56,017 nucleotides of DNA from a virus (IMGVR_UViG_3300009151_000087:1-56017), one strand, 5' to 3'; shown: positions 28,125 through 38,592, numbered from the stretch's first letter. Program-made: numbers and translations. The notes: a model not told the origin generated them from the sequence alone.

Positions 28125-31100
28125 ATGGCAGACGTAACAGGTCAAATAATAGGCGATCCACAGAGTAACACCAAAGATGTTCGGCTGAACAACGCAGCCA
28201 CGGAGGCCACATTAAAAGCACTACTGAATACTGCTAATATAGATTCAGCAGTATTAAGAGAAATTGCTGCTAACGCAGGTGTTGACCGAGATATTTTAGC
28301 CGGTTTGGAGGCTGCTGCTGTTGCAAGTTCTGCCGGCCTCCAACAGGTTACAGTATCTACGCAGCAATTAACTGTTTCTCAAAATAATCTAAAAGAGCAT
28401 AATCGACTTGTAGATACATCATTTGCTGGATTAATTGACAGTACCCGACTATTAGCATCGGGTAATGCAACTGTAAGTGGTGTATTGGACGCATTTAAAC
28501 TCTTGCCAGGGCCGTTGGGACTTGTGGCACAAGGATTTTCCGCACTAGCAGCATTCCAAGAAACCAATATGAAGACATATCAAACTATGTCAAGTGCTGG
28601 TGCTAACTTTGGTGGCAGTCTAACAGACATGCGATTAGCGGCACAGGGCACTTTTGTGGATTTACAAACATTTGGAAATCTAGTTAAAAACAACAGTCAA
28701 GTTTTAGGCAGAATGGGCGGTACTGTTGATGATGGTGCTAGAGCATTTGCTGCTATGAGCAATAGTTTATTAACTAGTCAAGCAGGTGAAAATCTGTTAG
28801 CACTGGGATATACTACCGAAGATGTTAATCAGGGTATGTTAAGTTATATAGCAACAACGGGTGGCCGCTCAAAAGAAGAAATGAAAAATACTCAGTCTAT
28901 TACTGCAGCCACGTCTGAGTATCTAACAGAGTTGGATAAGTTAACACAATTTAGTGGTATTAGTAGAAAACAACAAGAAGAAGAACAAAAGAAAGCTGCT
29001 CTTAATGGTGCTTATCAACGAGCATTAGCTAACATGACAGAAGATCAAAAAGCTAGAGCGGAAATTGCTAGAACAGCAGCTGCAAATTCTGGAGTAGTAG
29101 GAGCTGCAGACGCATTAATGGCCAACGTGGCTGGTTTTCCTCCTATTACTAAAGAAGCACAACAATTTGCTGGCATGCTACCCTACGCCTATAATGGTAT
29201 AGAAACGTTAGGAAATTCTGTTCGTGATGTACATGGCACAATGGCAGATACTGAAAAAGGTATTGGTGTATTCAATGAAGGAGTATATAGATCTGCAAAA
29301 GGTGCTGAAACTGCATTTAGTGCTGTGGCCATGGGTGGCAATCAGGTTGCTAATAGTGCTCTTTTAGCCGGTATTCAATTAGAAAAAAGTGGTAATAATA
29401 CAGCAGAAGGAACTGCTAAGAATCTTGCCAAGGCAACAGATAATCAAAAAACTCAACAAGCAAGTCAAGCAGCCACAATGGCCAAAGCAGAAATTCAACT
29501 TAAAGAATTTGGCCTGGCTATCATGAAATTGATATCTCCAATCATAAGTGTTCTAACTCCTGTGTTGACATACCTAGGTCCGTTGTTTATAGGATTAAGT
29601 GTCGCAGTAATGGGATATAAAGCATGGTTACTAGCTCTTGAAACTTTTGAAAGAGCCAAAGTAGCAAGAGACCTGGCTAGAGAATCAGGCGGCGGTGCTC
29701 TTACCGCTGCTAGAAACTTTGTTAATTTAGGAGGAAGTCCTGCTGCCTCGGTAGTACCGGGTGCTGCTGCTGCACCACCCGGCGGCGGTATATTGGGCGG
29801 AGTGCTGGGCAGCTTGGCCGAAGGTTTGAAAAAAATGGGTAATCCTCAAGTGTTACTGGGTATTGTTGCTGTTGGATTGCTAGGCGGTGCCATGATGGTA
29901 GCAGGTAAAGCATTTAAAGAGTTTACCGGTGTTAACTGGGGAGATGTACTGATAGGGTCTGTGGTATTGACAGCACTGTCAATTGGCGCAGCAGCATTGG
30001 TTGAGATCGCTCCTTTCATAGGCATAACTGCTGTAGCCATAGGATTGCTTGGTGGTGCTATATGGTTACTGGCCAAGGGACTCAAAGAGTTTCCAACTTT
30101 TGCCATACCCGGTATGTCGGAAGCATTTGAAGGATTTGGAAAAATAGTCGGAACCGTATTTGGGTTTGTAGGCGATGTAGTATCAGGCTTGATAGATACT
30201 GTTAAAAAAGTATTTGGAACTGTATGGGATATCATATCATGGCCTTTTAAAATGATAGGTAATTTAATATCGGGTACTGTTGATGTTGTGACCAGTATAC
30301 TAGGAGGACTAGTAAACATTGTCACAGGTATATTTGGTACCATGTGGAATATCGTATCATGGCCTTTCAAGCAGTTAGGTAATTTAATATCAGGCACTGT
30401 TGATGTTGTGACCAGTATACTAGGAGGAATGGTAGATATCATCACAGGTATATTTGGTCTAGTGTGGAATATCGTATCATGGCCTTTTAAACAACTGGGT
30501 AATCTAGTATCGGGTACAGTAAGTGTTATTGCTACTATTCTAGGAGGAATGGTAGATATAGTAACAGGATTATTTGGTATCTTATGGAACGTGGTGTCGT
30601 GGCCTTTCAAGCAGTTAGGTAATTTAATATCGGGTACAGTAAGTGTTATTGCTACTATTCTAGGAGGAATGGTAGATATCATCACAGGTATATTTGGTCT
30701 AGTGTGGAATATCGTATCATGGCCTTTTAAACAACTGGGTAATCTAGTATCGGGTACTATTAATATCGTAACAGGAATTTTAGGCGGAATCGTAGATGGT
30801 ATTTCTGCTATATTTGGCACGGTATGGAATATAATATCATGGCCGTTTAAACAATTAGGTAATCTAATATCAGGTACTGGTGATTCTACAACTGGACTAT
30901 TTGGCGGAATGCTAAACACGGTTACAAGTATATTTGGTGCTGTATGGAATATCATATCCTGGCCTTTCAAGCAGTTAGGTAATCTAGTATCGGGCACAGT
31001 CAATGTCGTGGCCAGTATACTAGGAGGGCTAGTAAACATTGTTACAGGCATATTTGGTACCATGTGGAATATTATATCCTGGCCTTTCAAACAGATAGGC

Positions 31101-32381
31101 AATCTAGTATCATCGGCTGTAGATAGTATCACAGGTGTATTTGGCAGCATGGTAGATGGTATTACTGGCTTATTTGGCAAGATAGGAGATGCGATATCAG
31201 CACCATTTACTTCAATTGGTAATCTAGTATCGGGTGTAGCAGATGCTGTTGCCGGTATATTTGGTGGCATGGTAGATGGTATATCCGGCGCATTTGGTTC
31301 AGTATGGACGGTGATATCAGCACCATTTACCATGATCGGGGATTTAGTATCATCGGTTGTGGATGGTATCACTAGTGTATTTGGTGGCATGGTAGACATT
31401 ATATCTGGAGCATTTGGTACAGTATGGGGTGCGATATCATCTCCGTTTACTATGGTTGGTGATTTAGTATCATCGGTTGTAGATGGTATCACTGGAGTAT
31501 TTGGTGGAATGGTGGACAGTATCTCAGGAATATTTGGTACAGTATGGGATATTATATCATCACCATTTACCATGATTGGTGATTTAGTATCATCGGTTGT
31601 AGATGGTATTACTGGAGTATTTGGTGGAATGGTTGACATTATCTCAGGTGTATTTGGTATAGTATGGGATGCGATATCAGCGCCATTTACCATGATTGGT
31701 GATTTAGTATCATCTGTGTTTGATGGTATTGCCGGAGTATTCAGCGGAATAGTAGACAGTATCTCCGGTGCGTTTGGTATAGTATGGGATATAATGTCAG
31801 CACCATTTAGAATGATTGGTGATTTGGTATCATCTGTGTTTGATGGCATATCGGCTGCTATATCATTTGTGGTAGATAAACTTACCAATATACTGGGCAT
31901 GATTGGCGATGTTATTGGCGGAATAGCAGGATTTGTTGGAAGTTTATTTGGCGGAGGCGATGAAGCCAAAGAAGGATCCGGACCAGGGTCACCGGAATTT
32001 ACTGAGGCAACTTCTACTCTATTAGAAGCTGCTAATAAACTTGGTTCAGTAAGTGACAAACTAGCAACTGTTAATTTAGGCCCACGACAAGATGCTCTAC
32101 CCGGATCAACGGCATTTGATAGTATATTTAAAATGGCCCTAACAGCATCTTCAGTCAAGAAAGAAACAGCAGATTTGCCTCCTCTGTCAGAAGGGGCTAA
32201 AAAATTATCTGCTGGCCTGTTCGGCGATAAAGGACCTAGCCTGGAAGAAAAAACACATACTGAGCTAGTTTCCTTAAATACTACGATGAAAGATCTATTG
32301 AGATATATCAAGGATACAGCAGACAATACCAAGAAAACTCACGAGGCTACTAAAAGTCTTAACGGTAATGCATTCGCTTAA
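28125..32381 (+). CDS. Tail tape measure protein
   Basis: 1418 aa, A/G-rich helical N-terminal half, hydrophobic segments, and 40-aa (11+11+18) W/F-periodic repeats typical of tape measure proteins. Confidence 0.85.
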   Translation: MADVTGQIIGDPQSNTKDVRLNNAATEATLKALLNTANIDSAVLREIAANAGVDRDILAGLEAAAVASSAGLQQVTVSTQQLTVSQNNLKEHNRLVDTSFAGLIDSTRLLASGNATVSGVLDAFKLLPGPLGLVAQGFSALAAFQETNMKTYQTMSSAGANFGGSLTDMRLAAQGTFVDLQTFGNLVKNNSQVLGRMGGTVDDGARAFAAMSNSLLTSQAGENLLALGYTTEDVNQGMLSYIATTGGRSKEEMKNTQSITAATSEYLTELDKLTQFSGISRKQQEEEQKKAALNGAYQRALANMTEDQKARAEIARTAAANSGVVGAADALMANVAGFPPITKEAQQFAGMLPYAYNGIETLGNSVRDVHGTMADTEKGIGVFNEGVYRSAKGAETAFSAVAMGGNQVANSALLAGIQLEKSGNNTAEGTAKNLAKATDNQKTQQASQAATMAKAEIQLKEFGLAIMKLISPIISVLTPVLTYLGPLFIGLSVAVMGYKAWLLALETFERAKVARDLARESGGGALTAARNFVNLGGSPAASVVPGAAAAPPGGGILGGVLGSLAEGLKKMGNPQVLLGIVAVGLLGGAMMVAGKAFKEFTGVNWGDVLIGSVVLTALSIGAAALVEIAPFIGITAVAIGLLGGAIWLLAKGLKEFPTFAIPGMSEAFEGFGKIVGTVFGFVGDVVSGLIDTVKKVFGTVWDIISWPFKMIGNLISGTVDVVTSILGGLVNIVTGIFGTMWNIVSWPFKQLGNLISGTVDVVTSILGGMVDIITGIFGLVWNIVSWPFKQLGNLVSGTVSVIATILGGMVDIVTGLFGILWNVVSWPFKQLGNLISGTVSVIATILGGMVDIITGIFGLVWNIVSWPFKQLGNLVSGTINIVTGILGGIVDGISAIFGTVWNIISWPFKQLGNLISGTGDSTTGLFGGMLNTVTSIFGAVWNIISWPFKQLGNLVSGTVNVVASILGGLVNIVTGIFGTMWNIISWPFKQIGNLVSSAVDSITGVFGSMVDGITGLFGKIGDAISAPFTSIGNLVSGVADAVAGIFGGMVDGISGAFGSVWTVISAPFTMIGDLVSSVVDGITSVFGGMVDIISGAFGTVWGAISSPFTMVGDLVSSVVDGITGVFGGMVDSISGIFGTVWDIISSPFTMIGDLVSSVVDGITGVFGGMVDIISGVFGIVWDAISAPFTMIGDLVSSVFDGIAGVFSGIVDSISGAFGIVWDIMSAPFRMIGDLVSSVFDGISAAISFVVDKLTNILGMIGDVIGGIAGFVGSLFGGGDEAKEGSGPGSPEFTEATSTLLEAANKLGSVSDKLATVNLGPRQDALPGSTAFDSIFKMALTASSVKKETADLPPLSEGAKKLSAGLFGDKGPSLEEKTHTELVSLNTTMKDLLRYIKDTADNTKKTHEATKSLNGNAFA
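30200..31880 (+). repeat. 14 tandem 120-bp (40-aa) coding repeats in the tape measure gene
   Basis: The W/A/S-P-F motif recurs every 120 nt from 30240 to 31800; first 8 units are WPFK-type, last 6 are APF/SPF-type; boundaries approximate. Confidence 0.92.
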
Positions 32382-32433
32382 TTAGGAAATGCACAAATGA
32401 ATAATAAACAACACAGTAACGGAGAAATATAAT

Positions 32434-34170
32434 ATGGCCGGATGGAAAAAATATTTCACTCCTGTTAATACATCGGGTAAATTAAGTCCGGTGAGCGGAA
32501 GCATGATGTCCGGGTTGGGCAACAATCCTAGTAGAACAAACTACAGCAGTTATCTACCAGATGTCTATGCCGGTCACCCAAATCGGTTAGAGCGCTATGG
32601 ACAATACGATACCATGGATAGCGACAGCGAAGTCAATGCTGCGTTTGATATATTGGCAGAATTCTGTACTCAACTAAACGATGAAAACGGAACTCCTTTT
32701 ACAATCAAATTCAAAGAACAAGCCAATGGTACTGAAATAAAGATCATCAAAAAATATCTACAGCAGTGGTGTAAGGCAAATAAATTTCCAGTACGGATTT
32801 TTAAAATTGTCCGAAATGCTTTCAAATACGGCGACAGTTTCTTTGTGCGTGATCCAGAAACACAAAAATGGTTATATGTAGACCCTGCCAAAGTTGACAA
32901 GATCATTGTGAATGAAAGCGAAGGCAAGAAGCCTGAGCAATACATGATCCGTGACTTCAATCCCAATTTTGAAGCACTGGCCACAACTGCCATACAGCCC
33001 AGCAACCAGCAGGGCGGCGGTAGTCAATTTGGCGGCAGTTATGGCAGTGGACAAGGCGGTGCCGGCGGCAGTAGAGGAATGGTAGGTAGTTTTCCAACCA
33101 GTACCAACAGCAGCAGATTTGGACAGAATCAAAACCAATATGCTATCGATGCACGTCATGTGATTCACATCAGCATGAGCGAAGGATTAGATAATAACTT
33201 TCCGTTTGGCAACAGTTTGATGGAAGGTATCTTCAAGGTATTCAAACAAAAAGAATTACTAGAAGATGCTATCTTGATCTACCGTATACAACGTGCTCCG
33301 GAACGTCGTGTGTTCTATATAGATGTAGGTAACATGCCTAGTCACTTGGCCATGAGTTTTGTTGAGCGTGTAAAAAACGAAGTTAATCAGCGACGTATTC
33401 CTAGTACAACAGGTGGTGGTCAAAGTGTAGTAGATGCTGGATATAATCCTTTGAGTATCAATGAAGATTACTTCTTTCCTCAGACAGCAGAAGGGCGAGG
33501 AAGTAAAGTAGAAATACTACAAGGCGGGCAAAATTTAGGAGAAATTGATGATCTTAAGTATTTTACCAATAAGTTGTTTCGTGCTCTACGTATACCTAGT
33601 TCTTATCTACCTACCGGCTCTGACGACGGAGGAAGTAACTTCAATGATGGACGTGTTGGAACAGCATACATACAAGAGTTAAGATTTAACAAGTATTGTG
33701 AACGCCTACAAAGTTTAATCAATGAGCCGTTTGATACAGAGTTCAAGATGTATCTACACAGCAACGGTATCAATGTTGATAGCAACATATTTGATTTAAA
33801 ATTCAATCCTCCGCAGAACTTTGCCAGTTATCGTCAAAGCGAAATGGATACTGCCCGGGTCAATACTTTTAATACCATGATGGCAATACCGTGGGTTAGT
33901 AAACGATTTGCCATGGAACGCTTCTTAGGGCTAACTAGGGAAGAAATAGCACAGAACGAAAGTCAGTGGAAAGAAGAAAACATCGATGATGAAGATACAG
34001 TTAATGCCAGTGGGGAATTACGCAGCGCAGGTATTACTGCTAATAACATGTCAGGAGACATCAGTTCATTGAGCAGTCCTCCGCCGCCACCGGAAGGTGA
34101 AGCAGGTGCTGCTCCGGGTGCTGCTGCTCCAGAAGGTGCTGCTCCTGGTGCTCCGGCGCCAACAGCATAA
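32434..34170 (+). CDS. gp20: Portal vertex protein
   Basis: LLEDAILIYRIQRAPERRVFYIDVGNMP, EDYFFP, LGEIDDLKYF..KLFRALRIPSS, ELRFNKYCERLQ. Confidence 0.95.
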   Translation: MAGWKKYFTPVNTSGKLSPVSGSMMSGLGNNPSRTNYSSYLPDVYAGHPNRLERYGQYDTMDSDSEVNAAFDILAEFCTQLNDENGTPFTIKFKEQANGTEIKIIKKYLQQWCKANKFPVRIFKIVRNAFKYGDSFFVRDPETQKWLYVDPAKVDKIIVNESEGKKPEQYMIRDFNPNFEALATTAIQPSNQQGGGSQFGGSYGSGQGGAGGSRGMVGSFPTSTNSSRFGQNQNQYAIDARHVIHISMSEGLDNNFPFGNSLMEGIFKVFKQKELLEDAILIYRIQRAPERRVFYIDVGNMPSHLAMSFVERVKNEVNQRRIPSTTGGGQSVVDAGYNPLSINEDYFFPQTAEGRGSKVEILQGGQNLGEIDDLKYFTNKLFRALRIPSSYLPTGSDDGGSNFNDGRVGTAYIQELRFNKYCERLQSLINEPFDTEFKMYLHSNGINVDSNIFDLKFNPPQNFASYRQSEMDTARVNTFNTMMAIPWVSKRFAMERFLGLTREEIAQNESQWKEENIDDEDTVNASGELRSAGITANNMSGDISSLSSPPPPPEGEAGAAPGAAAPEGAAPGAPAPTA

Positions 34171-34173
34171 ATA
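34168..34173 (+). promoter_or_regulatory. Late promoter motif (CA)TAAATA
   Basis: Overlaps the portal stop codon; 7 nt before ATG 34181. Confidence 0.6.
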
Positions 34174-34180
34174 TAATATT

Positions 34181-34426
34181 ATGTTGTTAAAAGAATTCAT
34201 TTATTTTGATCGTGATCACGCAGATCTTCAGGATGACAATAGGTATCTCAGTAAAAATGATACTGGCATATTAAAGAAAACTGACCTGCGTAAAACTCGA
34301 TTAACACTAGGAATGATCAACAATATACGTCGTGCTGCCGAATCGCACGATAAAGAAAAACAGAAAGAGTTAGTGTTAATTAAGAAAATGTATGCTGCTC
34401 CGCCACCGGACGCAGCAGTTGCATAA
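34181..34426 (+). CDS. Small head-module protein (81 aa); start corrected from the track's 34097
   Basis: ATG at 34181 follows the portal stop and the late motif: MLLKEFIYFD...RKTRLTLGMINNIRR; the longer start would overlap the portal gene. Confidence 0.7.
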   Translation: MLLKEFIYFDRDHADLQDDNRYLSKNDTGILKKTDLRKTRLTLGMINNIRRAAESHDKEKQKELVLIKKMYAAPPPDAAVA

Positions 34427-34553
34427 ACTGATAGTTTAACTTTTTTTTGACAGAAACTAAATATTTTTGTCAGAAACAGATTAAAAATTATCATCATTTT
34501 GGTCAAAACGGCTCGTTTTAGGCCTATTTCATATCGGTATTACACGAAGGTTG

Positions 34554-34559
34554 TAAATA
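34554..34559 (+). promoter_or_regulatory. Late promoter motif TAAATA for the prohead core/capsid operon (second copy at 34458-34463)
   Basis: Upstream of SD AGGAG and ATG 34601. Confidence 0.6.
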
Positions 34560-34600
34560 CAACACAGCCTTGCCGCAACTAATTTTAGGAGAAATACGCA

Positions 34601-35575
34601 ATGTCTACCAAATTTGAACAATTGTTAGATCTACTAGTTAACGAAGAAATGGATAAAGCCAATGAACTTTTCCACGAAATCGTTGTAGAACAATCTAGAA
34701 GCATTTACGAAAACCTCATCGATGAGGAAGAAGAAGAAGAAATGGACGAAGCTTCGGAAGAAGATGATGAATCCATGGACGAAGCCGAAGAAGAAGATGA
34801 TGAGTCTGTTGAAGAAAACATGGACCTAGAAGATTCTTACATGATGGATGGCGACGAAGAAAAAGATACCATGGGCGGTGACCCAGCCGACGACCTAGGC
34901 AGTGACGTTGGAATGGGCGACATGGGCGATGATGAAGAAGGTGGTGAAGGTGACGAAGATTCCGCAATCATGGACATCAAGAACGCTATCGAAGAACTTG
35001 AAGCAGCATTTGCTGAACTAGAAATGGCCCACGGTGGTGAAGAATCACATGGTGGCTTTGGCAGCGACGAAGAAGAGCCGGGAATGGGCGACGAAGACGA
35101 AGGCATGATGATGGGTATGCATGAAGGCCGTCGCATGACACGTGAATACGTTGAGAAAGTTGGTAACGACTGGGAAAAGAACAGCCAAAAAACCGACGGT
35201 GACTATGCCGGTGCCGGTTCGGGTGAAACACAAAGCAAGCCAGTAGCTGGCAAAAGTCCAGTAAGTTCTGGTAAAGGTAAGCCTACAACAGGTGCTACCG
35301 CTGGCAATATTGCTAGAGGAGACACAGGCGAAGGTAACAACACAGGTACAAGCCCAACAGGTAAAACTGGTGGTTTAGTCAAGAACGCACAAGCTATGAA
35401 AACTGGTAACGGAAATGTTCCTGGTGGAAAAATGGGCGTTAAGAATCTAAGCAAAGTTGGTTCTGGATATCCAGGTAACAACAAGACTCCAGGTCCAGTA
35501 GGTTCTGGCACAGGCGACAAAGCTGGTCAAACCAGTGTTGGCGCTGTTAAGCAATTCTTAAAGCCAGCTAATTAA
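34601..35575 (+). CDS. Acidic prohead core/scaffold-like protein (T4 gp67/68 position)
   Basis: Very D/E-rich N-terminal half and G/K-rich C-terminal half; between portal and protease genes; SD AGGAG. Confidence 0.6.
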   Translation: MSTKFEQLLDLLVNEEMDKANELFHEIVVEQSRSIYENLIDEEEEEEMDEASEEDDESMDEAEEEDDESVEENMDLEDSYMMDGDEEKDTMGGDPADDLGSDVGMGDMGDDEEGGEGDEDSAIMDIKNAIEELEAAFAELEMAHGGEESHGGFGSDEEEPGMGDEDEGMMMGMHEGRRMTREYVEKVGNDWEKNSQKTDGDYAGAGSGETQSKPVAGKSPVSSGKGKPTTGATAGNIARGDTGEGNNTGTSPTGKTGGLVKNAQAMKTGNGNVPGGKMGVKNLSKVGSGYPGNNKTPGPVGSGTGDKAGQTSVGAVKQFLKPAN

Positions 35576-35588
35576 TTAGAGCAACTAG

Positions 35589-36218
35589 ATGAAACTAGCC
35601 TATCTAAGAGAACACCTGAGTTTTGATCAATCCGGCATCGTAATGGAGTCGGATGACAAAGATGGTAAAAGCCTTCACTTGAAAGGCATTGCCATCCAAG
35701 GTGGTATTCGCAACGCTAATCAACGAGTCTATCCTGTAGATGAAATTGAACGTGCTGTGAAAACACTAAACGAGCAATTACAAAACGGTTACAGTGTGTT
35801 AGGCGAAGTAGATCATCCAGATGATTTAAAAGTAAATTTAGACCGTGTATCCCATATGATCACTCAGATGTGGATGGAAGGTCCTAATGGTTATGGAAAG
35901 ATGAAAATCCTTCCAACACCGATGGGAAACCTAGTTCGTACAATGCTTGAAAGCGGAGTAAAACTTGGCGTTAGCAGTCGTGGTAGCGGAAACGTTAACG
36001 ACATGAATGGCCATGTATCTGATTTTGAGATTATTACTGTGGACGTGGTAGCTCAACCGAGCGCTCCTGGTGCTTATCCTACTCCAGTCTACGAACATTT
36101 AATGAATGCTCGTGGAGGAATGAGGGCATTCACAGTAGCACAAGAAGTAAAAGAAGATCCAAAGGCCCAGAAGTATCTTCAAGAGAGTCTCTTGAATATT
36201 ATTAAAGGTCTAAAATAA
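35589..36218 (+). CDS. gp21: Prohead core protein protease
   Basis: NANQRVYP, LGEVDHP, VSHMI, TPMG, LGVSSRGSG, DVVAQPSAPGAY. Confidence 0.95.
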   Translation: MKLAYLREHLSFDQSGIVMESDDKDGKSLHLKGIAIQGGIRNANQRVYPVDEIERAVKTLNEQLQNGYSVLGEVDHPDDLKVNLDRVSHMITQMWMEGPNGYGKMKILPTPMGNLVRTMLESGVKLGVSSRGSGNVNDMNGHVSDFEIITVDVVAQPSAPGAYPTPVYEHLMNARGGMRAFTVAQEVKEDPKAQKYLQESLLNIIKGLK

Positions 36219-36235
36219 AGCCCGAGGAGAAAAAA

Positions 36236-37324
36236 ATGGACGCATTCAAACAATTAGTAGAGTCAGGAGTGATGACAGAAGAAACAAGATCTGTTATTGA
36301 ATCTGCCTTTGCTGCAAAGATTCAAGAGAATCGCGACCAAGTCACCGCAGAACTTCGCGAAGAGTTTGCACAAAAATACAGTCATGATAAGACTGTCATG
36401 GTTGAAGCAATTGACAAGATGTTAAGCGAAAGATTGGCCGTAGAGATGGCCGAATTGCACAATGATAAGAAAGCACTAGCCGAAGCAAAAGTAGCATACC
36501 AAACCCGTATTGCTGAAGATGCTGCAAAACTACAAGGTTTTGTTATCAAGCAATTGGGTAAAGAAGTTGTAGAATTCCAAAATGATCGCAAGAAAGTTTC
36601 TGAGAATTTTAGTAAGTTAGAGCAATTCGTAGTACGTGCTCTAGCAAAAGAAATCAGCGAGTTTGCTATTGACAAGCGTGATCTAGCCGAAACAAAAGTT
36701 AAGTTAGTCCGTGAAGCAAAAAGCAAGTTTGAAGATATTAAGCAGACATTCATTCAACGTAGCGCCCAAGTAGTTGAAAACGCAGTCACTAAAAAATTAA
36801 CATCTGAAATCAAGCAATTGAAAGAAGATATTGATAGTGCTCGTAACAACGAATTTGGTCGTAAAATTTATGAAGCGTATGCACAAGAGTTTGCCGGTTC
36901 CTTCCTAAACGAAAAATCTGAAACAAGTAAATTGTTAAAGATCATCGCCAAGAAAGATCAAGAACTAGCAGAAGCACAACAAGTCGTATCGGAAAAAGCA
37001 AACCTAGTAGAATCTGTACAACGCGATCTTCGCGTTACAAAAGATTTGATGGAACGCAAAGCCGCTATGAGCGAGTTGCTAGCACCGTTGGATGCTAGTA
37101 AGAGAGACATCATGAAAGAATTATTGGAATCCGTTCCAACCAAGAAACTAAATGAATCTTTCGACAAATACCTACCAGCAGTGATGGAAGGACAAGTACG
37201 TAAGCCAGCCGATAAAAAGGTCATGCTAAGTGAAGGTTCTGAAGTAACTGGAAACCGTGAGAGCAAGCCAGAGGTAGGCTTAGACAATATATTAGATATC
37301 CGCAAACTAGCGGGTCTAAAATAA
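36236..37324 (+). CDS. gp22: Prohead core scaffolding protein
   Basis: Long E/K-rich coiled coil between protease and major capsid genes; GRKIYEAYAQEF; SD GAGGAG. Confidence 0.8.
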   Translation: MDAFKQLVESGVMTEETRSVIESAFAAKIQENRDQVTAELREEFAQKYSHDKTVMVEAIDKMLSERLAVEMAELHNDKKALAEAKVAYQTRIAEDAAKLQGFVIKQLGKEVVEFQNDRKKVSENFSKLEQFVVRALAKEISEFAIDKRDLAETKVKLVREAKSKFEDIKQTFIQRSAQVVENAVTKKLTSEIKQLKEDIDSARNNEFGRKIYEAYAQEFAGSFLNEKSETSKLLKIIAKKDQELAEAQQVVSEKANLVESVQRDLRVTKDLMERKAAMSELLAPLDASKRDIMKELLESVPTKKLNESFDKYLPAVMEGQVRKPADKKVMLSEGSEVTGNRESKPEVGLDNILDIRKLAGLK

Positions 37325-37345
37325 TTAAATTCAAGGAGACAATAA

Positions 37346-38533
37346 ATGTCACAATTATTAAACGAAAGATGGTCAGAGACCAAAGAAGCGCTGCTTGAAG
37401 GCCTAACTGGAAACCGTCGTGCATCTATGAACGTATGTTTAGAGAATACACGTCGCAGTTTGTCTGAAAGCGCAACCGCTGGCGCAACAAGTGCTGGTAA
37501 CGTAGCAACACTTAACCGTGTTATTCTACCAGTTATCCGTCGTGTTATGCCTACAGTTATCGCTAACGAAATCATCGGTGTTCAGCCAATGACAGGTCCA
37601 GTTGGACAGATCCATACATTGCGTGTACGTTATGCTGATGGTTCTAACGAAGTAACAGCAGGCGAAGAAGCACTAAGCCCATTCAAGATTGCTCAAGCAT
37701 ATTCTGGTAATGATAGCTCAAGCACTCCAAAGGCTGCTGCTACAAGTACTCTTGAAGGTACACCAGGTAAGCGTATGAGCATCCAGATCTTGAAGAGCCC
37801 AGTCGAAGCGAAAAGCCGTAAGCTATCCGCTCGTTGGACTTTTGAGGCTGCACAAGATGCACAAGCACAACAAGGTATTGATATCGAAGCTGAAATCATG
37901 GCTGCTCTAGCACAAGAAATCACAGCTGAAATCGACCAAGAAATCCTAGCAAGCCTACGTGCTCTAGGTACTGTAGAAGAAACATATGACCAATCTTTGG
38001 TCAGTGGTACTGCTACATTCGTGGGCGATGAGCACGCTGCTCTAGCTATCCAAATTAACCGTGTAAGCAACTTGATTGCTCAACGTACACGTCGTGGTTC
38101 TGGTAACTGGGCTGTTGTTTCTAACCAAGCATTGACAATTCTACAATCTGCTACTACCAGCGCATTTGCTCGTACAACAGAAGGTACATTTGAAGCACCT
38201 ACAAACACCAAGTTTGTTGGTACATTGAATGGCGCTATGCGTGTTTATGTTGACGCTTATCTACCAGATAGCGGTTCACAATCAATCCAAGACAACCAAG
38301 TTCTAATTGGATACAAAGGTTCTAGCGAAGCAGATGCTGCTGCGTTCTATTGCCCATATATTCCTTTGATGAGTTCTGGTGTTGTTCTAGACCCAGCTAC
38401 TTTTGAACCAGTAGTTGGCTTCTTGACCCGTTATGGTTATGTGGAACTTTCAAATACTGCTAGCAGTCTTGGAAATGCCGCAGATTATTTGGGTAAAGTT
38501 AGCATCAATTCTGCTAAAACAAGCTACAAATAA
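37346..38533 (+). CDS. gp23: Major capsid protein
   Basis: LPVIRRVMPTVIANEIIGVQPMTGP, AKSRKLSARWTFEAAQD, EITAEIDQEI, FYCPYIPL, FEPVVGFLTRYG; 395 aa. Confidence 0.96.
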   Translation: MSQLLNERWSETKEALLEGLTGNRRASMNVCLENTRRSLSESATAGATSAGNVATLNRVILPVIRRVMPTVIANEIIGVQPMTGPVGQIHTLRVRYADGSNEVTAGEEALSPFKIAQAYSGNDSSSTPKAAATSTLEGTPGKRMSIQILKSPVEAKSRKLSARWTFEAAQDAQAQQGIDIEAEIMAALAQEITAEIDQEILASLRALGTVEETYDQSLVSGTATFVGDEHAALAIQINRVSNLIAQRTRRGSGNWAVVSNQALTILQSATTSAFARTTEGTFEAPTNTKFVGTLNGAMRVYVDAYLPDSGSQSIQDNQVLIGYKGSSEADAAAFYCPYIPLMSSGVVLDPATFEPVVGFLTRYGYVELSNTASSLGNAADYLGKVSINSAKTSYK

Positions 38534-38555
38534 TCCAAGGATTATTTTAATACAT

Positions 38556-38579
38556 AAAACCCGCTTCGGCGGGTTTTTT
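38556..38579 (+). terminator. Rho-independent terminator after the capsid gene
   Basis: AAAACCCGC-TTCG-GCGGGTTTTTT with a C(UUCG)G tetraloop and U-tract. Confidence 0.92.
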
Positions 38580-38592
38580 GTTGACCGTACAC

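Noticed and set aside
30200-31880. Possible CRISPR array or diversity-generating retroelement repeats
   Set aside because: Repeats are contiguous, in-frame and coding, with no unique spacers, no obvious adenine-specific variation, and no reverse transcriptase or cas gene in the window
29846-32332. 828-aa antisense ORF inside the tape measure gene
   Set aside because: It mirrors the 120-bp repeat and the restricted codon usage of the sense gene; no SD or promoter seen; most likely a shadow ORF
34097-34180. Track's longer start for ORF 34097..34426
   Set aside because: Overlaps the portal C-terminus; ATG 34181 after the late motif is more plausible
38581-38586. TTGACC as a sigma70 -35 box after the capsid terminator
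   Set aside because: No acceptable -10 hexamer at 16-18 nt spacing; the adjacent TAAATA explains the promoter
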